Origin: Shewanella sp. MR-4
Lineage (GTDB): Bacteria > Pseudomonadota > Gammaproteobacteria > Enterobacterales > Shewanellaceae
Assembly: GCF_000014685.1 (NCBI RefSeq)
Contig: NC_008321.1
Span: 2,659,481 to 2,683,480, forward strand
DNA: 24,000 nt
Direction: 5' to 3'
The notes beneath the pieces were generated by a model. It saw only the letters and a program-made list of their open reading frames with translations. It had not been told where the DNA came from and searched no databases. Position numbers and translations under genes: made by a program. Shown piece after piece: positions 1-9,853 of the stretch (position 1 is the stretch's first letter; each line of letters opens with the position of its first letter).

Positions 1-195
1 TTTATCTCAGCCATAGGTGCTATTGGAGGTTTTTTCATTCCCAAGGCATTCGGAACATCATTAGCATTAACCGGTTCTCCCGTTAATGCCATGAAGGTCT
101 TTATCTTTTGTTATATTGCTTGCCTTTTTATCACATGGTTGATTTATGGGCGAAAAATTAAAACTATGGCCACTGAAAAGATTTCAACTGTTTAG
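1..195 (+). CDS. narK: Nitrate/nitrite MFS transporter, C-terminal 64 codons (5' end outside window)
   Basis: Frame 1 is open from base 1 to TAG at 193-195. The translation FISAIGAIGGFFIPKAFG...FITWLIYGRK is hydrophobic and resembles the last helices of NarK-type porters. It sits directly upstream of narGHJI, as in the conserved narK-narGHJI layout. Confidence 0.7.
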   Translation, partial: FISAIGAIGGFFIPKAFGTSLALTGSPVNAMKVFIFCYIACLFITWLIYGRKIKTMATEKISTV

Positions 196-208
196 TGATT
201 TGATTGTT

Positions 209-254
209 GTATGAATAAAAACGGTTTGCCTAGGCAAACCGTTTTTATTCATAC
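209..254 (+). terminator. Rho-independent terminator (46-bp perfect palindrome) after narK
   Basis: gtatgaataaaaacggtttgcc/taggcaaaccgtttttattcatac is a perfect inverted repeat. The core stem AAACGGTTTGCC/GGCAAACCGTTT is followed by TTTTTATT and lies 14 nt after the narK stop. Confidence 0.8.
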
Positions 255-340
255 GAGTTAAATGATGATGCTCCTTCCCGATTGAGCATCATTGCTTGAA
301 CTTGACTTACACATGTTGAATAACGCCTTGCTGTCTCAAC

Positions 341-347
341 TACCTCT
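341..347 (+). promoter_or_regulatory. Candidate NarL heptamer TACCTCT in the far-upstream narG control region
   Basis: It matches the NarL heptamer consensus TACYYMT. It lies about 195 bp upstream of the transcription start inferred from the FNR box, similar to the -200 NarL region remembered for E. coli narG. A single 7-mer match is weak evidence. Confidence 0.3.
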
Positions 348-490
348 TAATAGTTCAGCTGATAAAACACACGCTCTCCCAACATTGGAAATTAATAAAA
401 TAATCTAATAAACAGTGCCTTAATAGCAAACACCCTCTATTACCTTGGTGGTATTTGGTCATTGCCGTCACAAATTGCTCATTGCCTAAC

Positions 491-532
491 TTGATCTTTG
501 TCAACTTCTACTAACGTTCTGCTCTTTATCCT
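491..532 (+). promoter_or_regulatory. Class II FNR-type promoter candidate for narGHJI (FNR box plus -10)
   Basis: TTGATCTTTGTCAA at 491-504 matches TTGAT-N4-ATCAA at 9 of 10 positions. TATCCT at 527-532 is placed so the box centre is about -41.5 from a start near 539, about 60 nt before the narG ATG. Confidence 0.6.
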
Positions 533-601
533 GCGGTCACCTCAAAGCAATAAATCCGTATACATAAAATAACTAGTACGCCACCATTAGGAGTAACTTG
601 G

Positions 602-3600
602 ATGAGTAAGTTTCTTGACCGGTTTCGCTATTTCAAACAAGTCGGAGATACATTTTCCGGCGACCACGGCCAAACATTGCATACTAATCGAGAATGGGAA
701 GATGGTTATCGTAGCCGCTGGCAACACGATAAAATCGTTCGTTCAACCCATGGAGTAAATTGTACCGGTTCTTGTAGTTGGAAAATTTACGTAAAAAATG
801 GTCTTGTAACATGGGAAACACAACAAACCGATTATCCCAGAACCCGCCCCGATTTACCTAACCATGAGCCGCGCGGATGCCCTCGAGGTGCCAGCTACTC
901 TTGGTATCTCTACAGTGCTAACCGTCTTAAATATCCTATGGTACGTAAACCGCTGCTTAAACTCTGGCGAGAAGCTAAACAGCGTTTTACGGATCCAGTT
1001 CATGCTTGGGAATCGATAGTCACGAATCAAACTGCAGCAAAGGAATATAAATCTGCACGTGGTCGTGGTGGTTTTGTTCGCAGTTCATGGGTAGAGGTCA
1101 ATGAAATCATTGCTGCATCAAACGTTTATACCATCAAACAGCATGGCCCTGACCGAGTTGTCGGCTTCTCGCCAATCCCTGCAATGTCGATGGTATCTTA
1201 TGCTGCGGGAGCACGTTATTTATCACTTATCGGCGGTTCATGTTTAAGTTTCTATGACTGGTATTGCGACCTCCCACCAGCATCTCCGATGACTTGGGGT
1301 GAGCAAACTGACGTCCCAGAATCTGCCGATTGGTATAACTCTTCTTATATCATCGCTTGGGGCTCAAATATTCCACAAACTCGTACCCCAGACGCACATT
1401 TCTTCACAGAAGTCAGATACAAAGGCACTAAAACTGTCGCCATTACTCCTGATTATGCAGAAGTCGCAAAACTTTGCGATCACTGGCTCAATCCCAAGCA
1501 AGGAACCGATAGCGCCGTCGCCTTAGCCATGGGGCATGTGATTCTGCGAGAATTCCACGTCAATCGACAATCAGAGTATTTCCAAAATTACCTGCGCCAG
1601 TATTCGGATATGCCCATGCTGGTACAATTAGATCCTCGTGAAGATGGTAGTTTTGCCGCAGGTCGTTTTCTACGCGCCTCGGATCTGATTGATAAACTTG
1701 GTGAAGAAAACAATCCTGATTGGAAGACAGTCGCCATTAATGATCAAAATGGCGAACTGGTTGCACCGAATGGCACAGCAGGTTATCGCTGGGGTGAAAA
1801 AGGCAAATGGAACCTGGCGCAGCTAGCTGGTAAAGACCAAGACAAAGTGAAGTTACGTCTTGGGATTCATAATGAAGATCATATTGTTGACGTTGCCTTT
1901 CCATACTTTGGCGGTATAGAACATGAACATTTCAGCAGTGTCCCCTTAAAAGATCTTATCCATCGAAAACTGCCTGTAAAACGTATCCAACTTGCTGATG
2001 GAAGCGAAACGTATGTTACAACGGTATACGATTTAACCTTAGCAAACTACGGCGTTGAACGCGGTTTGCAGGATCCAAGCTGCGCACAAACCTATGCCGA
2101 TGTAAAAGCATACTCCCCTGCTTGGGCAGAGAAAATCACTGGTGTCGCAGCCGATGAAATCACCCGCATTGCCCGTGAATTTGCAGATAACGCAGAAAAA
2201 ACTCGTGGCCGTTCGATGATTATCGTCGGCGCAGGATTAAACCACTGGTATCACATGGATATGAACTACCGCGGATTAATCAACATGTTGGTCTTCTGTG
2301 GTTGCGTGGGGCAAAGTGGCGGCGGCTGGGCTCACTATGTCGGCCAGGAAAAACTGCGCCCGCAAACGGGTTGGCAGCCACTGGCATTTGGCCTCGATTG
2401 GCAAAAACCTCCACGTCATATGAACGGCACGTCCTTTTTCTACAATCACTCAAGCCAATGGCGCTATGAGAAATTAAAAACCGAAGAGCTGCTGTCCCCT
2501 CTTGCTGATAAATCACGTTATAGCCAGCACTTAATCGACATGAACGTTAAAGCTGAACGTTTAGGTTGGTTACCGTCATCGCCACAACTGAACGTCAATC
2601 CATTACACATTGCCAAGCAGGCAAATAGCGTAGGGTTATCGCCAACAGATTACACGGTTAAAGCTTTAAAAGAAGGTACTATTCGCTTCGCAGCTGAGCA
2701 ACCAGAAGATCACTATCCGCGTAACATGTTTATCTGGCGCTCAAACCTGCTAGGTTCATCGGGCAAAGGCCATGAATACTTACTCAAGTATTTATTGGGT
2801 ACCGAACACGGTATTCAAGGGAAAGACTTAGGTGAAATGAGTGCCGAAAAACCTAATGAAATCGAATGGAAAGATACCCCCACTCAAGGCAAGCTAGATT
2901 TAGTGGTGACTCTAGACTTCCGGATGTCAAGCACCTGCTTATTCTCGGACATAGTATTACCAACGGCGACCTGGTACGAAAAGGACGATATGAATACTTC
3001 GGATATGCATCCATTCATTCATCCGTTATCCGCAGCAGTAGACCCAGCATGGGAAGCTAAATCAGACTGGGACATTTACAAGGGGATTACCAAGGCATTT
3101 TCCAAAGTCTGTGAAGGCCACCTTGGAAAAGAGACTGATGTAGTGACTCTGCCAATCCAGCATGACTCGCCCGCGGAAATTGCTCAAGCATTTGACGTGC
3201 GAGACTGGAAGCTAGGCGAATGTGACCTCATTCCAGGAAAAACTGCACCTCACATAACAACTGTTGAACGGGATTATCCCAATACTTATGCTCGCTTTAC
3301 GGCTTTGGGTCCACTGTTAACAAGCCAAGGCAATGGCGGTAAAGGGATTAACTGGAACACCGACAGCGAAGTCGAACTACTTAAAAAACTCAACTATGTA
3401 CACCACGATGGCATAGCACAGGGCTTAGCAAAGATTGAATCAGCAATCGACGCTGCTGAAGTCATCTTGGCTCTAGCGCCTGAAACCAACGGCCATGTTG
3501 CAGTGAAAGCTTGGGATGCTCTAAGTGAGGTCACAGGGCTTGAACATCGGCATCTTGCCATCAATAAAGAAGATGAAAAAATCCGCTTCCGCGATATTCA

Positions 3601-4366
3601 AGCTCAGCCACGAAAGATTATTTCTAGCCCGACCTGGTCAGGCCTTGAAGATGAGCACGTTTCCTACAACGCAGGTTATACCAACGTCCATGAGTTTATT
3701 CCTTGGCGTACCGTGACTGGGCGTCAGCAACTCTACCAAGATCACCAATGGATGCGTGACTTCGGTGAAAGCTTGATTGCCTACCGCCCCCCCATCAATA
3801 CCCGCACGGTACACGAAATTATGGGAAAAAAAGGTAATGGCAATAAGGAAAAAGCATTGAATTGGATCACACCACATCAAAAATGGGGGATCCACTCAAC
3901 CTATAGCGAAAACCTATTAATGCTGACCCTATCCCGAGGTGGACCAATCGTCTGGATGAGTGAAGACGATGCTAAAGACTTAGGCATTGAAGATAACGAT
4001 TGGATTGAAGCCTTCAATAGCAATGGCTCATTAACTGCTCGCGCGGTAGTCAGCCAACGAGTACCAGAAGGCATGGTGATGATGTATCACGCCCAAGAAC
4101 GTTTGGTGAACATTCCTGGATCAGAAATTACCGGGCAACGCGGTGGTATTCATAACTCGGTCACTCGAGTTTGCCCAAAGCCCACGCATATGATTGGAGG
4201 CTATGTCCATCAAGCCTACGGCTTTAACTATTATGGCACTGTGGGTTCTAACCGAGATGAGTTTGTCGTTGTTCGTCGCATGAATAACGTTAACTGGTTA
4301 GACAACGAAAATAATGATCACAAACAAGCACCCAATATGCACAGCGGTCTGTCTGGGGAGAAATAA
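602..4366 (+). CDS. narG: Respiratory nitrate reductase alpha subunit (molybdopterin catalytic subunit)
   Basis: A 1254-aa ORF. The N-terminus MSKFLDRFRYFKQ...WQHDKIVRSTHGVNCTGSCSWKIYVKNGLVTWETQQTDYPRTRPDLPNHEPRGCPRGASYSWYLYS is nearly colinear with E. coli NarG as I remember it, including the H-x3-C-x3-C FS0 cluster motif. An RBS-like aggag lies upstream. Confidence 0.97.
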   Translation: MSKFLDRFRYFKQVGDTFSGDHGQTLHTNREWEDGYRSRWQHDKIVRSTHGVNCTGSCSWKIYVKNGLVTWETQQTDYPRTRPDLPNHEPRGCPRGASYSWYLYSANRLKYPMVRKPLLKLWREAKQRFTDPVHAWESIVTNQTAAKEYKSARGRGGFVRSSWVEVNEIIAASNVYTIKQHGPDRVVGFSPIPAMSMVSYAAGARYLSLIGGSCLSFYDWYCDLPPASPMTWGEQTDVPESADWYNSSYIIAWGSNIPQTRTPDAHFFTEVRYKGTKTVAITPDYAEVAKLCDHWLNPKQGTDSAVALAMGHVILREFHVNRQSEYFQNYLRQYSDMPMLVQLDPREDGSFAAGRFLRASDLIDKLGEENNPDWKTVAINDQNGELVAPNGTAGYRWGEKGKWNLAQLAGKDQDKVKLRLGIHNEDHIVDVAFPYFGGIEHEHFSSVPLKDLIHRKLPVKRIQLADGSETYVTTVYDLTLANYGVERGLQDPSCAQTYADVKAYSPAWAEKITGVAADEITRIAREFADNAEKTRGRSMIIVGAGLNHWYHMDMNYRGLINMLVFCGCVGQSGGGWAHYVGQEKLRPQTGWQPLAFGLDWQKPPRHMNGTSFFYNHSSQWRYEKLKTEELLSPLADKSRYSQHLIDMNVKAERLGWLPSSPQLNVNPLHIAKQANSVGLSPTDYTVKALKEGTIRFAAEQPEDHYPRNMFIWRSNLLGSSGKGHEYLLKYLLGTEHGIQGKDLGEMSAEKPNEIEWKDTPTQGKLDLVVTLDFRMSSTCLFSDIVLPTATWYEKDDMNTSDMHPFIHPLSAAVDPAWEAKSDWDIYKGITKAFSKVCEGHLGKETDVVTLPIQHDSPAEIAQAFDVRDWKLGECDLIPGKTAPHITTVERDYPNTYARFTALGPLLTSQGNGGKGINWNTDSEVELLKKLNYVHHDGIAQGLAKIESAIDAAEVILALAPETNGHVAVKAWDALSEVTGLEHRHLAINKEDEKIRFRDIQAQPRKIISSPTWSGLEDEHVSYNAGYTNVHEFIPWRTVTGRQQLYQDHQWMRDFGESLIAYRPPINTRTVHEIMGKKGNGNKEKALNWITPHQKWGIHSTYSENLLMLTLSRGGPIVWMSEDDAKDLGIEDNDWIEAFNSNGSLTARAVVSQRVPEGMVMMYHAQERLVNIPGSEITGQRGGIHNSVTRVCPKPTHMIGGYVHQAYGFNYYGTVGSNRDEFVVVRRMNNVNWLDNENNDHKQAPNMHSGLSGEK

Positions 4367-4368
4367 GT

Positions 4369-5907
4369 ATGAGAATTCGTTCACAAGTCGGCATGGTCCT
4401 GAACTTAGATAAATGTATTGGCTGCCATACCTGTTCGGTAACTTGTAAAAATGTCTGGACTAGCCGAGAAGGCATGGAGTACGCATGGTTTAACAATGTC
4501 GAAAGCAAGCCTGGTACTGGCTACCCTAGCGATTGGGAAAACCAAGAAAAATGGAAAGGCGGCTGGATACGCAAAATTAGCGGTAAGCTTGAACCAAAAA
4601 TGGGCGGTAAAATCAGTGTGTTATCGAAGTTATTCAACAACCCAGATATGCCCGTTATTGATGATTATTATGAGCCATTCACCTTTGATTACGAACATTT
4701 GCATAATGCTCCGCAAGGTAAACATCAGCCGATTGCCCGCCCTCGCTCACTGATCACCGGCGAACGTATGGACAAAATTGAAAAAGGGCCAAACTGGGAA
4801 GAAATCCTCGGCGGCGAATTTTCTAAGCGCTCGGCGGATCAAAACTTCAACCATATACAAAAAGAAATGTATGGTCAGTTTGAAAACACTTTCATGATGT
4901 ACTTACCTCGTTTGTGCGAGCACTGTTTAAACCCTGCTTGTGCCGCTACCTGTCCAAGCGGTGCAATTTATAAACGAGAAGAAGACGGTATAGTACTGAT
5001 AGATCAGGACAAATGTCGTGGTTGGCGCATGTGCTTAACAGGCTGTCCATACAAAAAAATCTATTTTAACTGGAAGAGCGGTAAGTCAGAAAAATGTATC
5101 TTCTGTTATCCTCGGATTGAAGCGGGTCAACCCACAGTCTGCTCCGAGACCTGTGTCGGACGTATTCGCTATTTGGGCGTTATTTTGTACGATGCTGATC
5201 GTATTGAGCAAGCTGCCTCAGCACATAACACTCAGGATCTCTACCAAAGCCAATTAGATATTTTCTTAGATCCGAACGACCCGAAAGTGATTGCAGAAGC
5301 CCGCAAACAGGGAATTACCGAAAACGTACTCGAGGCGGCACAAAAATCCCCAGTCTACAAAATGGCGATTGATTGGAAACTTGCACTTCCTTTACACCCT
5401 GAGTATCGCACTCTACCAATGGTCTGGTATGTACCACCACTCTCACCGATCCAATCAGCCGCAGATGCTGGCGCTATCGGCCAAGAGGGTGTGTTACCCG
5501 ATGTGAAGAGCCTGCGCATTCCTGTTCAATACCTCGCCAATATGTTAACCGCAGGCGATACCAAACCTGTGCTACATGCATTAAAACGAATGTTAGCTAT
5601 GCGCCACTTTAAACGTGCAGAAACCGTCGATGGTGTTGTCGATACTAGTGCATTAGACCAAGTAGGATTAACGGCACAACAAGCTCAAGAAATGTATCGT
5701 TACCTCGCAATAGCCAATTATGAAGATCGCTTCGTGGTACCAAGTAGCCACCGCGAACTCGCAAAGGAAGCCTTTTCCGAAGCCAAAGGTTGTGGTTTTA
5801 GCTTTGGTAATGGTTGCCATGGTGGTGACGACAGCAAATTCAATCTCTTTAACAGCCAACGCATCAACGCCATCGACATTACCGCTAAAACCTTGGGGGA
5901 TAAATAA
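4369..5907 (+). CDS. narH: Respiratory nitrate reductase beta subunit (Fe-S)
   Basis: A 512-aa ORF starting 2 nt after the narG stop. It has four Cys clusters (CIGCHTCSVTC, CEHCLNPACAATCP, CRGWRMCLTGCP, CIFCYPR...C), typical of NarH. Confidence 0.96.
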   Translation: MRIRSQVGMVLNLDKCIGCHTCSVTCKNVWTSREGMEYAWFNNVESKPGTGYPSDWENQEKWKGGWIRKISGKLEPKMGGKISVLSKLFNNPDMPVIDDYYEPFTFDYEHLHNAPQGKHQPIARPRSLITGERMDKIEKGPNWEEILGGEFSKRSADQNFNHIQKEMYGQFENTFMMYLPRLCEHCLNPACAATCPSGAIYKREEDGIVLIDQDKCRGWRMCLTGCPYKKIYFNWKSGKSEKCIFCYPRIEAGQPTVCSETCVGRIRYLGVILYDADRIEQAASAHNTQDLYQSQLDIFLDPNDPKVIAEARKQGITENVLEAAQKSPVYKMAIDWKLALPLHPEYRTLPMVWYVPPLSPIQSAADAGAIGQEGVLPDVKSLRIPVQYLANMLTAGDTKPVLHALKRMLAMRHFKRAETVDGVVDTSALDQVGLTAQQAQEMYRYLAIANYEDRFVVPSSHRELAKEAFSEAKGCGFSFGNGCHGGDDSKFNLFNSQRINAIDITAKTLGDK

Positions 5908-6623
5908 TGCAGATGACATCACTCAGGTTAATAGCCCTATTGCTAGATTATCCCGAACAGGAGGTTTGGGATAATGCACAGGAACTAAACCATCTAATAA
6001 AACAGTGTGCGGAACTAAACGAATACCAAAAAGAACGTATTAATCAATTTATTGAACAAATGACTCAAACTCCTTTAATGGATTTACAGGCACAATATGG
6101 TGATTTGTTTGAGCGTGGTCGTTCTTTATCATTATTACTATTTGAACACGTCCACGGTGAATCCCGTGACCGTGGACAGGCAATGATTGATTTACTCAAC
6201 CAATATAATGCAGCAGGAATGGTATTAACGGCTAAACAACTGCCCGACTATTTGCCAACCTACCTCGAATACTTGTCGCAATTGACAGTGTACGAGTCAA
6301 TAAGCGGCTTAAAGGATGTCGCCCCAATTCTCGCGCTTCTCAAAGAGCGACTGAGTCAACGGCAGAGCTACTACAGTAATTTATTGCAGGTATTAATCGA
6401 GCAATCTGGGGAGAAAATTGCACAGGAAAAACTGGCCGAGACGGTGGCAAATGAAGCCAAAGATGACACACCGCAAGCACTCGATGCGGTGTGGGAAGAA
6501 GAGCAAATAAAGTTCTTGGGCGATGAGGGATGCGCCTCAGTCCAACAAACTCTCCATCAAAAACGATTTGCTCACGCCGTTGTTCCGCAATACCTCGACA
6601 CTAAAGCATTAAACGGAGCGTAA
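5907..6623 (+). CDS. narJ: Nitrate reductase assembly chaperone (delta subunit)
   Basis: A 238-aa ORF whose ATG overlaps the narH stop (TAATG). It is an acidic helical protein with the [28 protein letters not shown] motif typical of NarJ, in the conserved position. Confidence 0.9.
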   Translation: MQMTSLRLIALLLDYPEQEVWDNAQELNHLIKQCAELNEYQKERINQFIEQMTQTPLMDLQAQYGDLFERGRSLSLLLFEHVHGESRDRGQAMIDLLNQYNAAGMVLTAKQLPDYLPTYLEYLSQLTVYESISGLKDVAPILALLKERLSQRQSYYSNLLQVLIEQSGEKIAQEKLAETVANEAKDDTPQALDAVWEEEQIKFLGDEGCASVQQTLHQKRFAHAVVPQYLDTKALNGA

Positions 6624-6625
6624 CC

Positions 6626-7309
6626 ATGAATTTTCTTAATGGTTTTTTCTTTGATATTTATCCTTATATTGCCGCAGCTGTGTTCTTTATCGGTAGTTGG
6701 CTCAGATATGACTACGGCCAATATACTTGGCGGGCAGGCTCGAGCCAGCTATTGGATAATACGAATATGCAACTTGCTTCTGGCCTATTTCATATAGGTA
6801 TTATTGGGATCCTACTGGGGCATTTTTTTGGAATGCTAACCCCACATTGGATGTATGAATCCTTCTTGTCGATTCAGACTAAACAACTTATTGCCATGAT
6901 CGCTGGGGGAATTTTTGGTCTGATGACAATTGCCGGTGGAGCAATGCTACTCAAGCGAAGATTGACTAATGTTCGTGTCCGCGCAACATCGTCATTTGCC
7001 GATATCATGATCCTCACGTTACTTGTCATCCAAGCTTGTCTAGGGGTGCTAACGATTCCTTTCTCTGCCCAACATTTAGATGGTAGTGAAATGATGAAAT
7101 TAGTCAGTTGGGTGCAAGGCATTGTCACATTCCAAGCTGGAGCATCCGCTCACTTAGAGGGCGTTGGTTTTATATTTAGATTGCATATGGTCTTAGGCAT
7201 GACACTGTTCTTACTATTTCCATTCTGCCGATTAGTACATATTTGGAGTGTACCTGTCGAATATCTCACCCGCCGCTATCAAATTGTCCGTAGCCGGAAC
7301 AATATCTAA
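6626..7309 (+). CDS. narI: Respiratory nitrate reductase gamma subunit (membrane cytochrome b)
   Basis: A 227-aa ORF with about 5 hydrophobic helices and conserved His residues ([28 protein letters not shown]). It is the last gene of the narGHJI order. Confidence 0.93.
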   Translation: MNFLNGFFFDIYPYIAAAVFFIGSWLRYDYGQYTWRAGSSQLLDNTNMQLASGLFHIGIIGILLGHFFGMLTPHWMYESFLSIQTKQLIAMIAGGIFGLMTIAGGAMLLKRRLTNVRVRATSSFADIMILTLLVIQACLGVLTIPFSAQHLDGSEMMKLVSWVQGIVTFQAGASAHLEGVGFIFRLHMVLGMTLFLLFPFCRLVHIWSVPVEYLTRRYQIVRSRNNI

Positions 7310-7321
7310 GTTCTAAATAAT

Positions 7322-7349
7322 AAAGCCACCTGTTTTGCAGGTGGCTTTG
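7322..7349 (+). terminator. Rho-independent terminator after narI
   Basis: AAAGCCACCTG-tttt-GCAGGTGGCTTT lies 13 nt after the narI stop, with a GC-rich stem followed by TTT. Confidence 0.8.
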
Positions 7350-7472
7350 ATACGACATTCCTCTAGAAAACTAAGCATTGATTGACTCGCTGGAGAATGA
7401 GTCTTAATTGAAAATTATCACAGATACAAAAAATTATTCAGCCGCGAAGAGGCAAAACCGAGGGCCTAGCCC

Positions 7473-7974
7473 TTGTCATACAGACCAACTGACCTAGCTC
7501 TATCATCGCCGTACTTTATTTCTATAAAGCCCACAAATAACACTGCAAGCCTAACAACAGCTGTATATATTGACCGTTTCGAGCGGATAAACGTTCATTG
7601 GGGCCACGCAATCGGAGATGCGGCGCTTATTTATATCGCAAGGTTGACGCAAACTAAACTGAGTTCGAGTGATATTCACACCCGTCTAGGGGCTTACCTG
7701 ATGTTATCCAATACTGACCATGAAGACATCGGCAAGTTGCGGAATCGATTCGACATGGGCTTGGTATGCAGCCATAGCACCATGATGGACATAGCATCCG
7801 CTGCATCGCAAGCTTTGGTTTATCATCCATAATCTTACCGAAAATCAATCACCTCGAGAGGTGCAAACTTCCTTGGAGAGCTTATTCAATCATGCCATTC
7901 AGGCCATGACGCGAGCCAAACACGCAGAGAAGAATAGAGTAAATACAGCAAAAAACAGTCATCTTGTAGTTTAG
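7473..7974 (+). pseudogene. Degenerate, frameshifted GGDEF (diguanylate cyclase) domain remnant
   Basis: The 7473-7832 frame reads ...AVYIDRFERINVHWGHAIGDAALIYIARL...DIHTRLGAYLMLS, the GGDEF-domain pattern DxDxFKxxNDxxGHxxGD...RxGGDEF with the GGDEF signature lost. A different frame over 7879-7974 reads SLFNHAIQAMTRAKHAEKNRV, the usual C-terminal ADxAMYxAKxxGRNRV motif. No sensor domain or credible start is present. Confidence 0.5.
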
Positions 7975-8119
7975 ATAATTCTCACATACCATAAGATACT
8001 TTGTTATATCAGGCAGACCACACAAAAACCTTAACAAATAAGTTATCTTTGGACAAAGTTATTCCTAAAATTTTGCTCATTCAAATATACGAAATTCTCA
8101 TCAAAAGAATAATATAGCT

Positions 8120-9076
8120 TTAATTTAAAAATTTATTCAAATTACATTGTCTACATTTATCATCACAATTAAAAAGGCATTGTAGTTTTTTTTGCACATC
8201 TTTGAGAACAGCAGGATTGCTAATAGCTTTAATTATATTAAATTTCATTAGATACATACCCATTTTATTATCACTACTTCGATAGTACTTCACTTCCTTT
8301 GCTTCGAACACAACTTTACAAAAGCTAAGCATAGGCGGAAAGTCTGCTATAAAAAAATAAACATAATCCTTTTCGCTTGAAAATTTTAACAAATAATAAC
8401 AAATTGCAAGATTGATAAGTTCAAAATAATGTTTGGAACTAGTATAGTAACCAGGCATTACTAAGGCGCTTTTTTTTACTTCATCCTTATCAAGCTTGAT
8501 AAAATGAGGACTATCATTTAGAGGCAAAAGATTCGCAATCCCTGACCAATGCCCCACTATCAGACCATCATCATTCTTCAACAAAAGAGCTGTATACAAT
8601 AAATCTTTAGTAGACAAAAATTTATTAAACTCCTTTAAAGATAAAATATTACTATTAAACTTACCAAAAATATTTTGATACTCATCACTTCTAATCTCTG
8701 AAACCTCCGAAATGACATGTTCAGGCAACTTAAAGTAAGAGAATGATGATATTGAAAAATCTAGCGCCTTCGAGAGTAGATTAACGGCAGTCATAGCCTT
8801 ATTAGAGGACTTTTGTTCCAATACATCGACCTCTTTGAGTATATCGACAAAGTTAACCCCCAAAATCTTTGCAATATACAATTGTTTATATAACGGAGGA
8901 GTACTCTTGCCATTAATCCAGCGACTTAAGGTAATTAAATCCAATCCATCGAATATATCGTAATACTCACACTGCAACAGCGCGATCAAATCTTTCCTAG
9001 ATATTTCTTTTTGCTCAATCCATGACTCCAATTTAGTTGAAAACTTGTATGTCACAATAGCCCCTATACATTGCAA
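8120..9076 (-). CDS. Hypothetical protein: N-terminal XRE-like helix-turn-helix plus roughly 220-aa uncharacterised domain and Cys-rich tail
   Basis: A 318-aa ORF in AT-rich DNA. Residues about 15-80 (ISRKDLIALL...ITLSRWINGKSTPPLYKQLYIAKILGVN) fit an XRE/Cro-type HTH. I do not recognise the rest. The C-terminus is CLFNCDDKCRQC. The track start is TTG at 9076. An in-frame GTG at 9055, preceded by AGGGG, is a plausible alternative start. Confidence 0.6.
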   Translation of the reverse strand: MQCIGAIVTYKFSTKLESWIEQKEISRKDLIALLQCEYYDIFDGLDLITLSRWINGKSTPPLYKQLYIAKILGVNFVDILKEVDVLEQKSSNKAMTAVNLLSKALDFSISSFSYFKLPEHVISEVSEIRSDEYQNIFGKFNSNILSLKEFNKFLSTKDLLYTALLLKNDDGLIVGHWSGIANLLPLNDSPHFIKLDKDEVKKSALVMPGYYTSSKHYFELINLAICYYLLKFSSEKDYVYFFIADFPPMLSFCKVVFEAKEVKYYRSSDNKMGMYLMKFNIIKAISNPAVLKDVQKKLQCLFNCDDKCRQCNLNKFLN

Positions 9077-9634
9077 ACCACATCAAAGTAAATCTATTTC
9101 TAGCAGAAATAAATTTAGATATTAAATTATCATCTCAAAAACAGTAAAACTAGAAAGACAATCCAAAAACCACTACCAAATAGGCATGTACAAATAATGT
9201 CCATGGACCTAAAAAGGTGATTAACGAAATAAGAAGTCAATAATTGACAAATGATATAAATGGTACAGTTATTATATGATAAGATGTTTACTACTAAACA
9301 TATGATACATTAAAATTACTTTAGATTCGAAAAATAAGAATAAAAATGTGACGCGACCCACATTTAAAACACATAAAAAAATAAAAAAATAAACATAGAT
9401 ACAACTTTAACTTGCTTAAAACGCCAGCAACAACGTTTAAAAAATGTATCGCATTGAATTCCCGTATAGATTTCATTACTATAACGAAAGATGCATAACT
9501 ATCTAGCATTTTGTTTTTTGATAAACAGTTATCCTCATCTAACATTACTCTTGATGAACAATAATCATAGTCTTGAATCAACACCGATTTCCTAGAAATC
9601 TTTTAGTTAGATAAACTAACCTAAAGAGGTATCT

Positions 9635-9853
9635 ATGAACCATAAACGTTATCCCGAAGAATTTAAAATCGAAGCTGTTAAGCAAGTTACCATTGCTGGC
9701 TATTCTGTTGCTGATGTTACTCAGCGTTTAGGAACAACCACCCACAGTCTTTATGCCTGGATTAAGCGCTATGACCCCGATTCAGAAGAACATTTGCAAA
9801 AGTCTAAGAGTCCGTCGAGAACGGCTACAGAAAGAGCTCAAGCGTGGCACTGA
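9635..9853 (+). pseudogene. IS3-family OrfA (HTH) fragment
   Basis: MNHKRYPEEFKIEAVKQVTIAGYSVADVTQRLGTTTHSLYAWIKRY is the canonical IS3/IS911-type OrfA N-terminus. The leucine-zipper part continues in another frame (9753-9971). Confidence 0.8.

Noticed and set aside
1299-5974. Short ORFs inside or antisense to narG and narH (1299-1526, 2280-2516, 2866-3060, 3525-3716, 3638-3895, 4290-4508, 4451-4753, 5291-5506, 5668-5922, 5720-5974)
   Set aside because: All lie entirely within strongly supported nar coding frames, in other frames or on the other strand. They have no RBS context or recognisable motifs and are typical shadow ORFs.
6874-7128. 84-aa ORF antisense to narI
   Set aside because: It is a shadow ORF within narI with no independent support.
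7736-7752. ggaatcgattcgacatg as a possible partial direct repeat of the tRNA-Pro T-arm (ggattcgaacc), which would mark the left att site of the island
   Set aside because: Only about 8 of 9 nt match over a very short core. It lies inside the GGDEF-remnant frame and well left of the compositional boundary. This is most likely coincidence and needs a real alignment.
7654-7848. 64-aa minus-strand ORF over the GGDEF remnant
   Set aside because: It is antisense to a region whose plus-strand frames carry GGDEF motifs, and it shows no features of its own.
9321-9584. 87-aa minus-strand ORF in the AT-rich spacer next to IS3 copy 1
   Set aside because: Its start lies inside the IS3 terminal repeat. 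The sequence is very AT-rich with low-complexity Phe/Leu/Ile and Lys content, with no RBS or motif. It is probably spurious, though a small gene cannot be excluded.
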